Shown: in pieces, positions 11,706 through 25,714 of the stretch
Position numbering within the stretch: the stretch's first letter is position 1
How the letters are laid out: the number at the start of each line of letters is the position of its first letter
DNA from: Camelus dromedarius
Taxonomy: Eukaryota
Assembly: GCF_036321535.1 (NCBI RefSeq)
Contig: NC_087436.1
Location: forward strand, 6,448,001-6,512,000
Direction of reading: 5' to 3'
DNA length: 64,000 bases
Made by a program: the position numbers and the translations under genes
Notes under the pieces: generated by a model
What the model was told of the DNA's origin: nothing
Database searches by the model: none
What the model saw: the letters and a program-made list of their open reading frames with translations, nothing else

Positions 11706-14700
11706 GTCCAACTTCACATAAAACAAATTGATTAAATAATTTTTAAGTTATATGTAATTAGAATCAAGAATCTCATTACAGAATAATAAAATAACCCAAT
11801 CAATCAATGGTTTTACTTAGATGTCATTCTTAGTAATAAGTGTGCTCATTTTTCTACTGATATCTCCTTGTCCTTAAATTAGCAAGAGAACCTGAATTAG
11901 TATTTTAATGGTAAATTGAGGAAAATTCCATAAAATACTTTACCATTAATTTTATTCAAGATGGCTTTTGAGAACTATTATACTCTTAGTTTAAATTTTA
12001 GAGTGGGGTCTCAGAGCCAAATCATTACTCTAAAGGACCACAGACTCAATCTAAAAGACAAAATGTGCTTATGAAGTATTGAGGGGAAGGACCTATTTAA
12101 AAACACATGATTTATTCAGAATAAAAACACAATGAGCAAATTCAAATGATTCATGAAAATAATTTGAAAAGAGAAGTAGTAATTCTGTAGTAATTCTTGT
12201 AGTAATTCAAGAAAATTTTTGTATTGGGGGGAAAAAGGTAATGGTTAGTGAACTGCATTAATCTGTCATGTATCATTTTCAGAAAAGGAGTAAACAGGGT
12301 TTACCATTTTCATGTCTGATTCTTATAAAATCTTGGCTTATGGATTCATTGGAAGAGAAACAGTGCCATTAGTTTATACAAAACACCTAACCATCCAGGG
12401 ATTAGACACAAACTTTTTTGTACTGTGTGTCAACTTAATTTACATTTTCAAAAGGAAGAATGGAGGAACAAAGATATTAAACAATTCATTTAAGGTTATC
12501 CAGTAAATTCAATCACTGGGAGAGGGAGAAATAAAGTGCAAGTTTACTAATTTAGTATTATAATGCTGGCATTATCTCAGTATCACAGAATCCCAGTGGT
12601 TTTCACTATGACCTCTTGGTCCATGAAAACATCCTGGTTTATACAAATTATCATTTAAGACCCCTGATGGAGTTTCAGCTATCTCTTTTTAAAAAGTAAA
12701 CACTTGTACCTCTTTTAAAGCTCTGCTCTTTGAGATTTCCAAAATTAATCGTGAAATTTAGTATTTTGACATTGGTGAAGGGAAATGTTCATCCCTGATG
12801 GGAAGAAGAGTTCCACATCCAATAAAACTGAACGAATTTTTCAAGAACGATTCATGTTTATGGAAAGATCCACATGGAGTGTTCCTAAGCCTGCCTTTCT
12901 GAGCCATCTGCTGGGTCTGTCAACAGACCAGTTGCATAAACCAGCACCTGGTCTTTCCAAAAATTGCCTGTTTTGCATCCGTGAATCATATTGCTGACCT
13001 TGTCAAGTGGTTGGTAACTCCTATCTTGCCATCAGAACTGGAGTTTTCTGACACAGGGGTGATATGTGTTGACTAGGAGTGGGTTGTATACGGAAAATGG
13101 ACTGCTTATTTTCATGAGAATACTAGCCTCAAACTGGAATTTCTACAGTAATTTCATGGTTTCCTTTTTATTTACTGCAGAGATAAATTTTAAGATTATC
13201 GAAAAACAAAACTCAATATTACCATTGAAAAGATGGGCAAATATTGATAGCTGAAACTCCTGATCATAGACAGTTTAGCTGGTATCTGGCACGAAAAAGA
13301 CTGCTATGCGATATTGATTTTATGCCGTAATTCTCAAGTGAGTCCTACCAATTACCAATATTGTATCATTATTCCTCAAAATATGCCAGTCAAGAAGGCA
13401 ATACTCTGGAGTATCTAGCTTTCCCCTTCTGAAATTTACCCCAAACTTCAATGCCATGCCTTTCTCTAGACTGGGAAGTGCCACCCAGCTTCCAGAGATG
13501 AGGAGTTATATTCATATAAGACACATGTATGGACCCACCAAATGTTATTAGACTCTGAGACTTTCTAGTCTCTGTATTCCTGTTCAGTTAAATCTTATTT
13601 CCTGGACTCTTGTCCTAATATACCACCACCTCCAGATTTCCCTTCCAACTCTTCCAACAGAATTTCCCATGACTCCTTTGACTTTGTCACCATCCCTTGA
13701 CCCTGATGTCAGTTTCATCCTCTGAATTTATGGTACTCTCTTTTCTCATATTCTGTGTAACTGACTTCACTTTCTCCAGCTTGTAACCTCATGTCTTTCT
13801 CTCTGTGTCTCATCCACAAGCTCTCTGCGTACTGTGTCGTTTTGTCCTGACCCATCTTCACTGCAGTCCATCATCCAGGACTGACAGCCATACATGAAAC
13901 ACATACACAAGCCAGGAATCAGGCATATTTACTAAGTATGGCCATGGTGATCCTCTAAAAGGCAATAAATTGCCTTTATTCTCATATTAACATGAATATC
14001 TCTAAAAATAATTAAATGGAAAACTCACTGAGAAACTACTTTAAAATTATAAATAAATAAAACTCAGAGCAAAACAATGTTTCAAAGACAACAGATGGTC
14101 AAATAAGACAACGTGTATAAAACATTTGGGTAAAAACCAATTCACTGAGTGGAGTGGGTAGAAAAGGCCAAATAAAATACATTAGAGATCTTTGTCAACA
14201 AAGTGAGATGTGTATTTTTCAGAGAATCACTTCATTGAAATAGAAGGATGCCTAACCTAGTGATTTTAAATAGATTTATTTGACTCCATTTGGAAATAAC
14301 TTTTACAAAAACCCAATTTTCCCCCCATACTCAGTCTTCTAATGAATAAAATCAACCCGAAGCATTTTAACTGGTGCACTCCTCAGGGTGACCTTCCGTA
14401 ATTACTTTCACATGTCATTCTTGTGCAATTACTACAGAAAATGAAGAGATCTTAAGGTTAACAAAGATTTATCATGTTTTATCTTTGCTCTCCCAAAGTG
14501 TATGCACGCACACACACATGAACATATCAACCCTCAAACCCCCCTGGGAATAATAACCAGGATCACGTTGGTTTACATCCTTTTGGGGGGCGAGGGCCAG
14601 GGCAGGTTATGCAGTAATTACGTAAGGAAATCTCAGATGTCCCTTTATTCTTATGTAGCAGGGATGTTAAGGCAAAAATCACTCCCTCAGAGCAAGCTAG

Positions 14701-14949
14701 CATTACAACCTTTGAAGGAAACACAGAGCAAGGACAGTTGACCTAAAACTGGAAACATTTACAGGAAACATGCCTAAGAAGATGAGACAGAGTTAAATAA
14801 ACGCCACAGAGCAAGCTGGGGAAGGAGACTGAGTTTTTAAAGGCAGCTACTGACCATCCTCAGGGCAATCTGCTGAGATAATTTGCTCTCTGACAGCATC
14901 GCCACCATCTCTCAAACGTGGTGGTAACAAAGAACACCTCCCTTGTCAA

Positions 14950-15157
14950 CAGCACGCACTGTAAATCCAGACCAGACTTAGTTTCAAATCCCAACTGCTG
15001 AGTGCCAGTTAAGTTCTGTGACTTTGAGCAAGTTGCTTAATTCTCTAAGTCCAACCTTCTTCTCTGAAAAATAATACTGTCCCTGTAATTATAGTTACAT
15101 GGAAAACCCTTTGTTCTGGTGTCTGGCACAGGGTACCTGCTGAACAAATGTTAGCTG
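14950..15157 (+). mobile_element. MIR SINE
   Basis: ttcaaatccca...tgtgactttgagcaagttgcttaa...gtgtctggcaca...aaatgttagct. Confidence 0.7.
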
Positions 15158-15684
15158 AAAGAAGAAATATGAAAAACCTGATATTTAGATGCATTCTGTT
15201 TGTTTCTTACAAGGTCTCCTCTGGTTCTCTGAGGACCTGACTGCCCAGGGCATTTGTGGGTTGCCTGGGAGGGGCCCACTGAACTGCTCCTGGGACAACC
15301 TCCCAGTCTGCTGGCCAGACTCTTAACTGAGCAAATGTAATTTATGTTCAGGCAATTAACCATGCAAACATAACCTATATTTCTGCAGCATCTGCAATGT
15401 TGGTCTAGCAATTTGGTAGTTTCCTTAGGAATGACCAAAGGACCTTGCCTAAGAGACCATAGGCCGGATTCATGGAACAGGGTAAGGCAGGTGGCATTAT
15501 CCTGATTAGGAAGGGAGAGAGAGTGCAAAGCAGACATAGATCTGCTCCAGGACAAGAGGCTCCACACGCTCGGTTGGGAAAGCTATGAAAAGCTAACTAT
15601 GCCACGTGACTTAGTGTCTGGCTGAACAGCAACATGGAACTGAGGTCAAGTTCTAAAGAGAAGGAGCACGGTGCGTTGGGTAGT

Positions 15685-16180
15685 TGGGATGGTTAATGTT
15701 GTGTGTCGACTCGACTGGGTGAAGGGATGCCCAGGACGCTGGTTAAACATTATTTCTGCGTGTGTCTGTGAAGGTGTTTCCAGAAGAGATTAGCATTCAA
15801 ATTGGTGAAATGAGTGAAAGGGATGGTCCTCACCAATGTGGGAAGGCATCCCCAACCCTGAAGAGAACAGAAAGGCAGAGGAAAGTTGAATTTGCTCTCA
15901 GCCTGATGGACTGAGTTGGAACCTTGACTGAGGCCTGTCCTGGGCACACCTGATTCTCAAGCTTTCTAACTCAGACTGGAGTCTACACCACTGGCCCTCT
16001 GGTTCTCAGGCCTTTAAACTGCACCAGCAGCTCTCCTGGGTCGCTGCCTTGCAGATGGCAAATCATGTGACTTCTTGGCCTCTGCAATCATGTGAGCCAA
16101 TACTTTACAATAAAACTCTTCATGCATAGACATCTCTCTGTCTCTCTTTCTCTCCCCTCCTTAATTGGTTCTGCAGAGAA
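15685..16180 (+). mobile_element. MLT2 (ERVL) solo LTR, MLT2B/D-like
   Basis: gatggttaatgttgtgtgtcgactcgactggg...ggtgtttccagaagagattagcatt...atcatgtgagccaa...aataaa. Confidence 0.88.
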
Positions 16181-16879
16181 GCAGAATGTAGCATATTTTC
16201 CCTTATACGCTGTGTTAAAGGATAACTTTTTGTAGCTTTCTCAGTTCTACAGCAGAAAAAAACAGGTTTAGATGACTTCCTTGAGCAGGAAAACCATGTT
16301 AATTATCTGTACCAACATGCGAGATGGGAAGTGAACTCTAAAACCTTCTCATAAATGACCTACCTCCCAGGCTGATGAGCCCGCCGTGAAAGTAGCCTGC
16401 TAACACATATTTTATTCACAGTCCCTCTGGATTGATGTCAATTGTGTGACTTCAAGAGATCATTTTTGTCAGTTAGCTCTGTGACCCTAGGAGCATAAGT
16501 ATTGCAGTGGAAGCACTGGAAGGAGAAACAGGAAGCCTTTTCCAGTGAGAAGAACCCAGCATCTCAGGTCCAGGTCCAACAAGCACATGCTGCAGGATTG
16601 AGTTGACCTCCCCGAGACCGTAACATCACATAAAGGATCCTCTGGGCAGCATCATGACCATGCATGCTTCCGTGAGCCCATCACCTTGTAAATATCTTCC
16701 TAGAGAGACCAAGATGCCCATATAACATAAACCACGTTTGTTACCTAGTGTCTTATTTCTTAATATTCTGCCGTATTCTATCGAAAAGCAGTTTACTCAT
16801 TGTCACCTGTTGTTCACTTTTATAGATAGTGTCCATAAAAACATATTTTTTTAAACTCTAGGTATACCATGTAAATTTT

Positions 16880-17217
16880 CTTTTTTTTCAATAGGCTTTA
16901 TTTTTTAAGAGCAGTTTCAGGTTCACAGCAGAACTGAGCAGAAAATACAGAGAGTTCACACATAGCCCTCCCCACCCACACATATATACTCCCCTGACCT
17001 CAGCCTCCCTCATCAGTGTGGCATATTTGGTACAATCGATGAACCAACATGGGCACATTATTATCAACCAAAGTCCATAGTTTACATTAGGGCTCACTCT
17101 TGATGTTGTACATTCTATGGGTTTTGACAAATGCATAATGACATGTAGCCACCACTACAATATCATACAGAATAATTTTATTGCCCTAAAAATCCCTTGT
17201 GCTCCATCTATTCATCT
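16880..17217 (-). mobile_element. Old L1 (L1MC-like) 3' end
   Basis: ttttaagagcagtttcaggttcacagca...aaagtccatagtttacattagggctcactcttg. Confidence 0.85.
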
Positions 17218-18296
17218 ATGTTACAAAACACATCTTCGAAACTTAATGACTACACTCTGATATTTATCAGCTAGAAATCACTTGTATATTCCTCTTGGGT
17301 CCTACAGCATGTCCCTGTGTGTTCAAAGCACCTAAGGAGATGAGGGAAAAGACATCTAAAAACATCCAGTTTTATCAAAGTAAACAAGAGGGAAATATCC
17401 AAAGGACTGATTCAGAAAGCACGCCAAAGTTATCAAAGTAGGAAACATTAGTATGTACACATGTCTTTGGGCTCCTGGCTTGACACCGACTGCTTTGTGG
17501 CTGCTGGTAGCTTCAAAGAGACCTGCCTGAGGAGTTCAAGGATAAATTAATGAACATGAGATCTAATACAGGGAAGATAATGAGGGTTTTTCACAGCACA
17601 TCCCCAGCTGCTCCCTTTGTTGAAGGTTCATGTTTTCCAGTTCCTCTTTAACCCAGTGAAACAGGAAAAAAAGGGTTTATCTTTGCCCTGTTCCATCTCT
17701 ACTACTTCTAAATCATTCATTCATCACCTTCCTACATTAAGTTCCTTTAACAATACAGCCATCATGCCCTCACATATTTGTCATTCCATGTGTTAAATTC
17801 ATGGTTGAGGCAGTTTCCAGTTTTAGAATTTACATGGTAGATATTTAGAATATGCTCCGTTAAGATAATCACTCAGAAGTTTACTATATTCTGATTTGTC
17901 AGGTGTATATCCAAGGGTTTAATCTCCATTCAGTTACACTTTGCCTTTGTAGATAAAACCCTTTACCATATTTCTAATTGAAAACTTCTCTTAATGAAAA
18001 ATCTAATGACTCAATTATTACAAAAGCATCCTGAGAAACCAGGAGGCCCCCAGAGAACAACAAATGACACACACTCACTGCCCTGAAACGTAGGAAGCAA
18101 ATCTCAAAAGTGAGAAATGCTTTTGCAAGCAAGGAAAGAAAAAATTCCATTTGTGGGTAAAATTCAAGATAATGGTTGTTTAACAACTGAGAAATGTGTT
18201 GGTCAAGAGTTGACTCTGGGTACATGATTAACCTAATATAATATTCAGACACTACAATGATCAAAATAGAGAAAGAGCTTCCAATGGAATACTCGC

Positions 18297-19045
18297 GTTC
18301 ATTTATTCATTCAAAACCCCAAAATATGTATTTCACCTCTTCTGTGTCCCAGATGGTATGCCAGGCACCAGGAACATAATACTGAGTAGGAAACACACCA
18401 TTTTCAATAGAACCAGCTATCAAAGGAAAATTCTACTACAAAGTGACATATCGTTACGGACAGGAGACGTGATGGGGAAATACTTAGCAGGAGTATCTCA
18501 CCTCATACATGGCTTCTTGCCTGTCTTCCTAAAGAAAACTGTCTAAAAGATAAACAGAAATCAGTCAAAGCAAGGGAGGGGAAGGGGTCCAGGGCAGACG
18601 TAAAGGAGAGTCAGAGAGATTAGTTGGGATGATTGGAGTAATTCACATGAGGGCATCAGCTCAAACGGTGGCAGTGGGGATTAAGAAATAGAATGAATTT
18701 GAGAAATATTTATGGGATAGATTTGACAGCAATGGATGGCTGGTGAGAAACGAGGGAGTGAAGAAACCAAAGGAGTCGTGAGTGACTCCCGGATCCCTGG
18801 CTGGAGGGACTAGAGGATGGCGCCCACAGGAGGCGGAGTAGACTGAGCAGGAGAGACGGAGGGGCTCTGGACCACTGAGGTTGGGATGCTTGTGAGAGCA
18901 CGCAGGATACAGCCACCAGGAAAGAAAGGAGATCCAGAGAAAGGTCTCAGCTGGAGGTACTGATCCAGAACTTGGCGGCAAACGGATGGTTACTGAAACT
19001 AGGGTCAGATGAGATTTCCCCAAGAATCTGAAAACAAGATGTGAA
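18297..19045 (-). mobile_element. L2 LINE fragments
   Basis: ttcatttattcattcaa...tatgccaggcac terminus; ggatggctgg..gagggag..gagtcg..agtgactccc internal L2 motifs. Confidence 0.7.
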
Positions 19046-19867
19046 CAAGGCCCAGGGGATCTTCTTGAGAATGAAGATTTAGCCTATTCAGAATATTTGC
19101 ATTTTCAAGGAGAGCAGGTCAGGATAGGGGATGGGAAATGATAAAAGGAGTTCTGTTTTATTTATACATAATTTGTAAAGACTGAATTTTTTTACAGGTT
19201 AAGTTAGAATTAAGTCCTAGCAGGCATCTTCCTGTTTCAGTAAGTGTAAAAGAGTAACAAAGGTTGAAATGGAGGCATAACCATAAGTACTGATCTTCTC
19301 TCTTTATCAAAACCCATTAAAATTGTTATAAAAGAATAAAGTAGTTATAAACTCACTATAAACCTTGTGGCTGGAAGAGACAGAATTCCAGGAAGACATT
19401 ATCTCAGAAAAATATTTGCAGACTTCATATTGTTCTTGAGAAGTTATTAAGAACTTGCGAATGTAATAAAAACAGTTAATGCAACAAATTAGAAATATAA
19501 GTAAAATCTTCAGGAAAAAAACAGAAAGATCCCTAAAAAAAGAAATATAATCATAGCATAATGGTAGCCAGAGCAAAAGTAGTTACATTGTCATAACAAA
19601 GTAAATAGATTTGCTAATTTTCCAATTTCAGAATCAATCACTAAATAAAAGAAGAATTACTTCTGATTACTAAATAAAATTTATATTTTATTAACCTTAA
19701 CAATTTAAAGTGAAAGTGAAATGCCAGAAATTTGGTGAAAGAGAGAAAGAAAAAGTGAAGGAAAGTCACATTATAATGTAGGGAGTCAAAATTTATTGCA
19801 TATAGTATGCAACAAGAACTAAAAATACATTATTTAACTAGTTATTTAAAAGATAGATGGAATACTC

Positions 19868-20988
19868 TTTGAGATAAATTTCAGCAATATTTTTGGATCT
19901 GTCTCATAAAGAAAAGGAAATAAAAGCAAAAATAAACAAATGGGACCTAATTAAGCTTAAAAGCTTTTGTACAGCAAAGGAAACCATCGACAAACAGACA
20001 ACTACTGAATGGGAGAAATATTTGCAAATGGTATGGGTTAATATCTAACATTTATAAACAGCTCATACAACTCAACATTAAATAAAAAAACAAAGAACCT
20101 GATTAAAAAATAGCCTGAAGACCTGAATAGACATTTTTCCAAAGAGGATATGCAGATGGCCAACAGGCACATGAAAAGATGCTAAATTATCACTAATCGC
20201 CAAGGAAATGCAAATCAAAACCACAATGAGATACCACCTCACACCTGGCAGAATGGCTATCATCAACAAGAACACAACTAACAAATGTTGGCAAAGATGT
20301 GGAGAAAGGGGAACCCTCGTGCACGGTTGGTGGGAATGTAAACTGGTGCGACCACTGTGTAAAACAGTATGGAGGGTCCTCAAAAAACTAAAAAGAGAGC
20401 TACCATTTGACCCAGCAATTCCACTCCTGGGTATATATCCCAAAAAAACAAAAACACTAATTTGAAAAGACATCTATATCCCAATGTTCATAGCCATATT
20501 ATTTACAATTGACAACATGTGGAAGCAACCTAGGTGTCCATCCACATGAATGGAATACTACTCAGCCATGAAAAGAATGAAATTTTGCCATGTGCAGCAA
20601 TATGGATAGAGTTGGAGGGCATTATGCTAAGTGAAATAAGTCAGGCAGAGAAAGACAAATACTGCCTGATATTGCTTATGTGTGGAATCTAAAAAATACA
20701 ACAAAGTAGTGAATGTAACTAAAAAGAAGCAGACTCACAGATATAGAGAACAAATTATTGGCTACCAATGAGGAGAGAAAAGCGGGAAGGGATAATATGG
20801 GGGTAGGGATTAAGAGGTACAAACTGTTCAGTATAAAATAAGCTACAAGGGTATATTGTACAACACAGGGAATAGAGCCAATATTTTATAATTACCATAA
20901 ATGGAGTGTAACCTTTAAAAGTTGTGAATCACTGCATTGTACACCTGTAACATACAATATGGTACATCAACTATACTTCAGTAAAAAA
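19868..20988 (+). mobile_element. L1 3' 1.1 kb (ORF2 C-terminus plus 3'UTR)
   Basis: [22 protein letters not shown]...[25 protein letters not shown]; 3'UTR ending caactatacttca plus A tail. Confidence 0.93.
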
Positions 20989-21689
20989 CATTATTTAAAT
21001 TGATCATGAGGAGCAAAAGTAAAATAATAACTATATTGGCATGAGGTTAAAAGGAAACTGAGTAAATTATGTAAGTGAGCTAACTTTTATCTATGATAGC
21101 AGAAAAGTCAATAAATCCTGTCTAAAATTAATAAGTCAACTATTAATGATTTGTGTATTCTACATCATATAGGCTGAAACTTCAGGAAGAAACAGTTGAG
21201 AAGTACCTTCCTCTGGGGAGGAAGAAGTAGAAAAATGGAAGAAGTGTGACAGAACTTTTCATCATAAACCGTTAGCTACTCTTTGATTATCAACCATGCA
21301 CATGTTTTGTTTTCGATTAATTTAAATTTTTTTTTGAAATTAATGAGGTCTGCCCAATTCTACTCCCAACCTACGTGTCTCACTTTATTTCTCATTTCTG
21401 TGTCTATTTCTCCTGCTCTGTCACAAAATCAGCTGCAACCCAAACTGACCATCCAACAGCAACTCATCAGACCATGTGTGCTGTGGAGGACCACTACCTG
21501 GTGCTGAAGACAATTAATGCACCTGGAACACCGATGTTGCTGCCAGGAGAAATTGCCTGGTCTTCCTGCTTGCAACTGCAAATGTTCCCACCCCACCAGC
21601 ATCACCACCCCGCCACCCACTGTAAACAACGTGTTTGTGAGAGCTGATGCCTTTTGGTTTTTGGCTTAGCGTAGATCTAGAGTGCTTTT

Positions 21690-23132
21690 ATTTTTCTTTT
21701 AACATTTTTTGTATTGAGTTATAGTCATTTTACAACATTGTGTCAAATTCCAGTGTAGAGCACAATTTTTCAGTTATATATGAACATACATACATTCATT
21801 GTCACATTCTCTTTCACTGTGAGCCACCACAACATCCTGTATATATTTCCCTGTGCTACACAGTACAATCTTGTTTATCTATTCTACATTTTGAAATCCC
21901 AGTTCCTTCCCACCACCCGTCCCCCGGCAACCACAGTTTGTATTCTATGTATATGAGTCTGTTTCTGTTTTGTATTTATGGTTTGTTTTTTTTTTTAGAT
22001 TCCGTATATGAGTGATCTCATACGGTATTTTTCTTTCTCTTTCTGGCTTACTTCACTTAGAATGACATTCTCCAGGAGCATCCATGTTGCTGCGAATGGT
22101 GTTACGTTGTCTTTTTATGGCTGAATAGTATTCCATTGTATAAATACACCACTTCTTCTTTATCCAGTCATCTGTCGATGGACATTTAGGCTGTTTCCAT
22201 GTCTTGGCTATTGTAAATAGTGCTGCTATGAACATTGGGGTGCAGGTGTCTTTTTGAAGTAGGGTTCCTTCTGGATATATGCCCAGGAGCAGGATTCCTG
22301 GGTCATATGGTAAGTCTATTCCTAGCCTTTTGAGGAATCTCCATACTGTTTTCCACAGTGGCTGCACCAAACTGCATTCCCACCAGCAGTGTGGGAGGGG
22401 TCCCTTTCCTCCACAGCCCCTCCAGCATTTGTCATTTGTGGACTTTTGAATGATGGCCATTCTGACTGGTGTGAAGTGATACTTCATGGTAGTTTTGACT
22501 TGCATTTTTCTGATAATTAGTGATATTGAGTATTTTTTCATGTGCCTATTGATCATTTGTATTTCTTCCTTGGAGAATTGCTGGTTTAGGTCTTCTGCCC
22601 ATTTTTGGATTGGGTTGTTTGTTTTTTTCTTATTAAGTCATATGAGCTGCTTATATATTCTGGAGATAAAGCCTTTGTTGGTTTCATTTGCAAAAATTTT
22701 CTCCCATTCCGTAGGTTGTCGTTTTGTTTTACTTACAGTTTCCTTTGCTGTGCAAAAGCTTGTAAGTTTAATTAGGTCCCATTTGTTTATTCTTGCTTTT
22801 ATTTCTATTGCTTGGGTAGACTACCCTAGGAGAGCATTTTTGAGATGTATGTGAGACAATGTTTTGCCTATATTTTCTTCTAGGAGGTTTATTGTATCTT
22901 GTCTTATGTTTAAGTCTTTGATCCATTTTGAGTTTATTTTTGTGTATGGTGTAAGGGAGTGTTCTAGCTTCACTGATTTACATGCTGCTGTCCAGTTTTC
23001 CCAACACCATTTGCTGAAGAGACTGTCTTTATTCCATTGTATATTCTTGCTTCCTTTGTCAAAGATTATTTGACCAAAAGTTTGTGGGTTCTTTTCTGGG
23101 CTCTCTATTCTGTTCCATTGGTCCATATGTTT
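21690..23132 (-). mobile_element. Young 5'-truncated L1 (camelid subfamily) with TSD
   Basis: ORF2 remnants at 22053-22556 and 22821-23126. TSD gatctagag(tg)ctttt at 21674-21689 and 23133-23146, ending in the L1 endonuclease site TTTT/AA. Confidence 0.95.
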
Positions 23133-23571
23133 GATCTAGAGCTTTTAAACTCTCTGCTACTTCTCAGCCCCTGCAAGGGTGTTCCTGGGATTCAGCTCTA
23201 TGGAGCCCTCTTTCCCTCCTCTGGTCACATTCTCCTCTGTGAACTTAACCACCCACTTCATGCTGTTAGTCTGCTCCCAAGCCCCAGATTCTGCTGACTT
23301 CCAATATAGTTCACCATGTGACTTGTTAACTTTTTCCCCCATCTGTCAGAATCTCACACATTCCTTAAGACCCACATCAAATACCACCTCCTCACCATTT
23401 ACTCCCTGAACTTTCCTTCCTGTCTACACAAGCAGAGGTCACCATGACTTACATCACAAATTCATTACAAAATTATTATTTATGTATAGTTTTGCACTTC
23501 TCTCAGTTTTAAATGCTTTCAAGGTCAGGATCATCTCTTATCTAACATAGTAAATGGAATAATTCAAAACA

Positions 23572-23995
23572 CATGAGGATGGACCTGGAGATTGTCATTC
23601 TAAGTGAAGCAAGCCGGAAAGAGAAAGAAAAATACCATTTGATATCACTCATATGCGGAATCTAAAACAAGAAAAAAGAAGACACTAATGAACTCATCTA
23701 CAAAGCAGAAACAGACTCGCAGACATAGTAAACAATCTTACAGTTACCAGAGGAAAGAGGGTGGGAAGGAATAAATTTGGGAACTGGAGATTCGCAAATA
23801 TTAACTACGATATATAAAAATAGATAAAAATAAATTTCTTCTGTATAGCACAGGGAATGATGTAATCAATATCTTGTAACAACCTTTAATGAAAAAAATA
23901 TTAAAATGAATATATATATATACACATATGACTGAGACATTTTGCTGTACATCAGAAATTGACCCATTGTAACTGACTGTACTTCAATTTAAAAA
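23572..23995 (+). mobile_element. L1 3' end
   Basis: ggatggacctggagattgtcattctaagtgaa...tgtaactgactgtacttcaat. Confidence 0.9.
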
Positions 23996-24669
23996 TGTCA
24001 AAATGTTAAAACATATTATACTCATTGGATGAGCATTTAACTATATTTCTTTTGGTGAGTCAGTTTTCACAGATTTCATGCATTGGGCATTTAGGAGGTG
24101 TTTTCTGTAAGTTTTCCTGGGATAAGCTCTTTCATTTTCTTCAAAAGCATTTATTGTATACTGCATAGTTATTATGCTGTGGCTCTCACAAAATAATTAC
24201 AGATGGCTTGCAAAATAGTAATATTTAATTATGTTAACAAAATGGAAACTGAAAATATAAGTGTGGGAAGAAATCATATAAGCAAAACATATTTTCTCTG
24301 ATTGAGTCTTAACTTTGTCGGGTTTTTTTTTTCAGCTTTCTAACACTCAAAGCAAAAAAAGAAATACTCCTAAATATCAACCCATATCTCCAGATGTAAT
24401 TTAATTTGAAGATATTTAGCAATCAGATAGACTTCTAAGAGAACTTTCAAACAGAGAGACATATCAAAAGGTCTAATTTTGGGTAATTGCAATCCCAGAA
24501 GCAGAAATGGGACAGAAAAAACAAATTTGATGAAATAATGAATGAATAATTCCCAAACAAACCAATGATCAAAAATGTGTATAATTTCATTTGTTTATCC
24601 TTATAATATCAGTGTACTGGTGTCTAACTACTCACTGCTGTTTTATTCTTAAAACAGTGAAGAATCAAT

Positions 24670-25583
24670 ATTTTTTAATTGAGGTATGATTGACATGTAA
24701 CATCATATAACAGTTTCAGGTATACAACATAAGACCTTGATAGTTGTATGTATTGCAAAATGATCACAAGAAGTCTACTTAACAATCAACACCATACGTA
24801 GATACAAAATTGTTTCCTTGTGATGAGAACTCATAAGATTTACTCCCTTAGCAACTTTCAGATACTCAACACAATATTATTTGCCTTAGTCACCATGATG
24901 TATATTACATCCACATGACATTTATTTCATAACTGGAATTCTGTACCTTTTGACTTCCTCACCACCAGCAATTTCATCAACCCTCCACCCTTCACCCTCA
25001 TTTTTGGCAACCACCCATTTGCTCTCTATCTATGACCTCAGTTTCTTGGCAGATTTGGGAAGGGGGATTTGTTTTTGTTTTTGTTTTAGATTCCACATAC
25101 AAATGAAATTATACAATATATGTCTTTCTCTGTCCGACTTATTTCACTTAGGATAATGTCCTCAAGGCTCATCTATGTTGCTACAAATGGCAAGATTTCC
25201 TTCTTTTTATGGCTGAGTAGTATCCCATTGTATATATCATGTTTTATATATATCATGTATGTGTGTGTATGTGTGTGTGTGTATATATATAATGTTTTCT
25301 TTATCCATTCACTCATGGATGGACACTTAGGTCGCTTCCATATCTTGACTATTGTAAATAATTCTGCAAAGAGCATGGGGGTGCATATATCTTTTCAAGC
25401 TAGTGTTTTTTTTCCTTCAGATAAATGTCCAGATGTGCAATTCCTGTATCATATTTCAACTTTTTAAGGAATCTCCATACTGTTTTCCATAGTGGCTGCA
25501 CCAATTTACATTTCCACCAACAGTGTAGGAGGATTCCCTTTTTTCTACCTCCTTGCCAACACGTTATCTCTTGTCTTTTGCTA
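24670..25583 (-). mobile_element. L1 3' end (older subfamily)
   Basis: ORF2 remnant LFTIVKIWKRPKCPSMSEWIKK, antisense 3'UTR, internal (TG)n. Confidence 0.9.
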
Positions 25584-25714
25584 TGCCTTTTAATCTCTTT
25601 CTTGAATATTAACAGTGTGGGAGTGAGATTACAGTTATTCAGAAAGTGAATGAGTTTGCTGACTTGAGATTGCTGAGGAGCACAGGAGTCCAGTCAGTTC
25701 TCATGAAAAAGGAA

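Noticed and set aside
12176..12208. Three tandem copies of gtagtaattc
   Set aside because: Simple slippage duplication with no spacer structure; not CRISPR-like.
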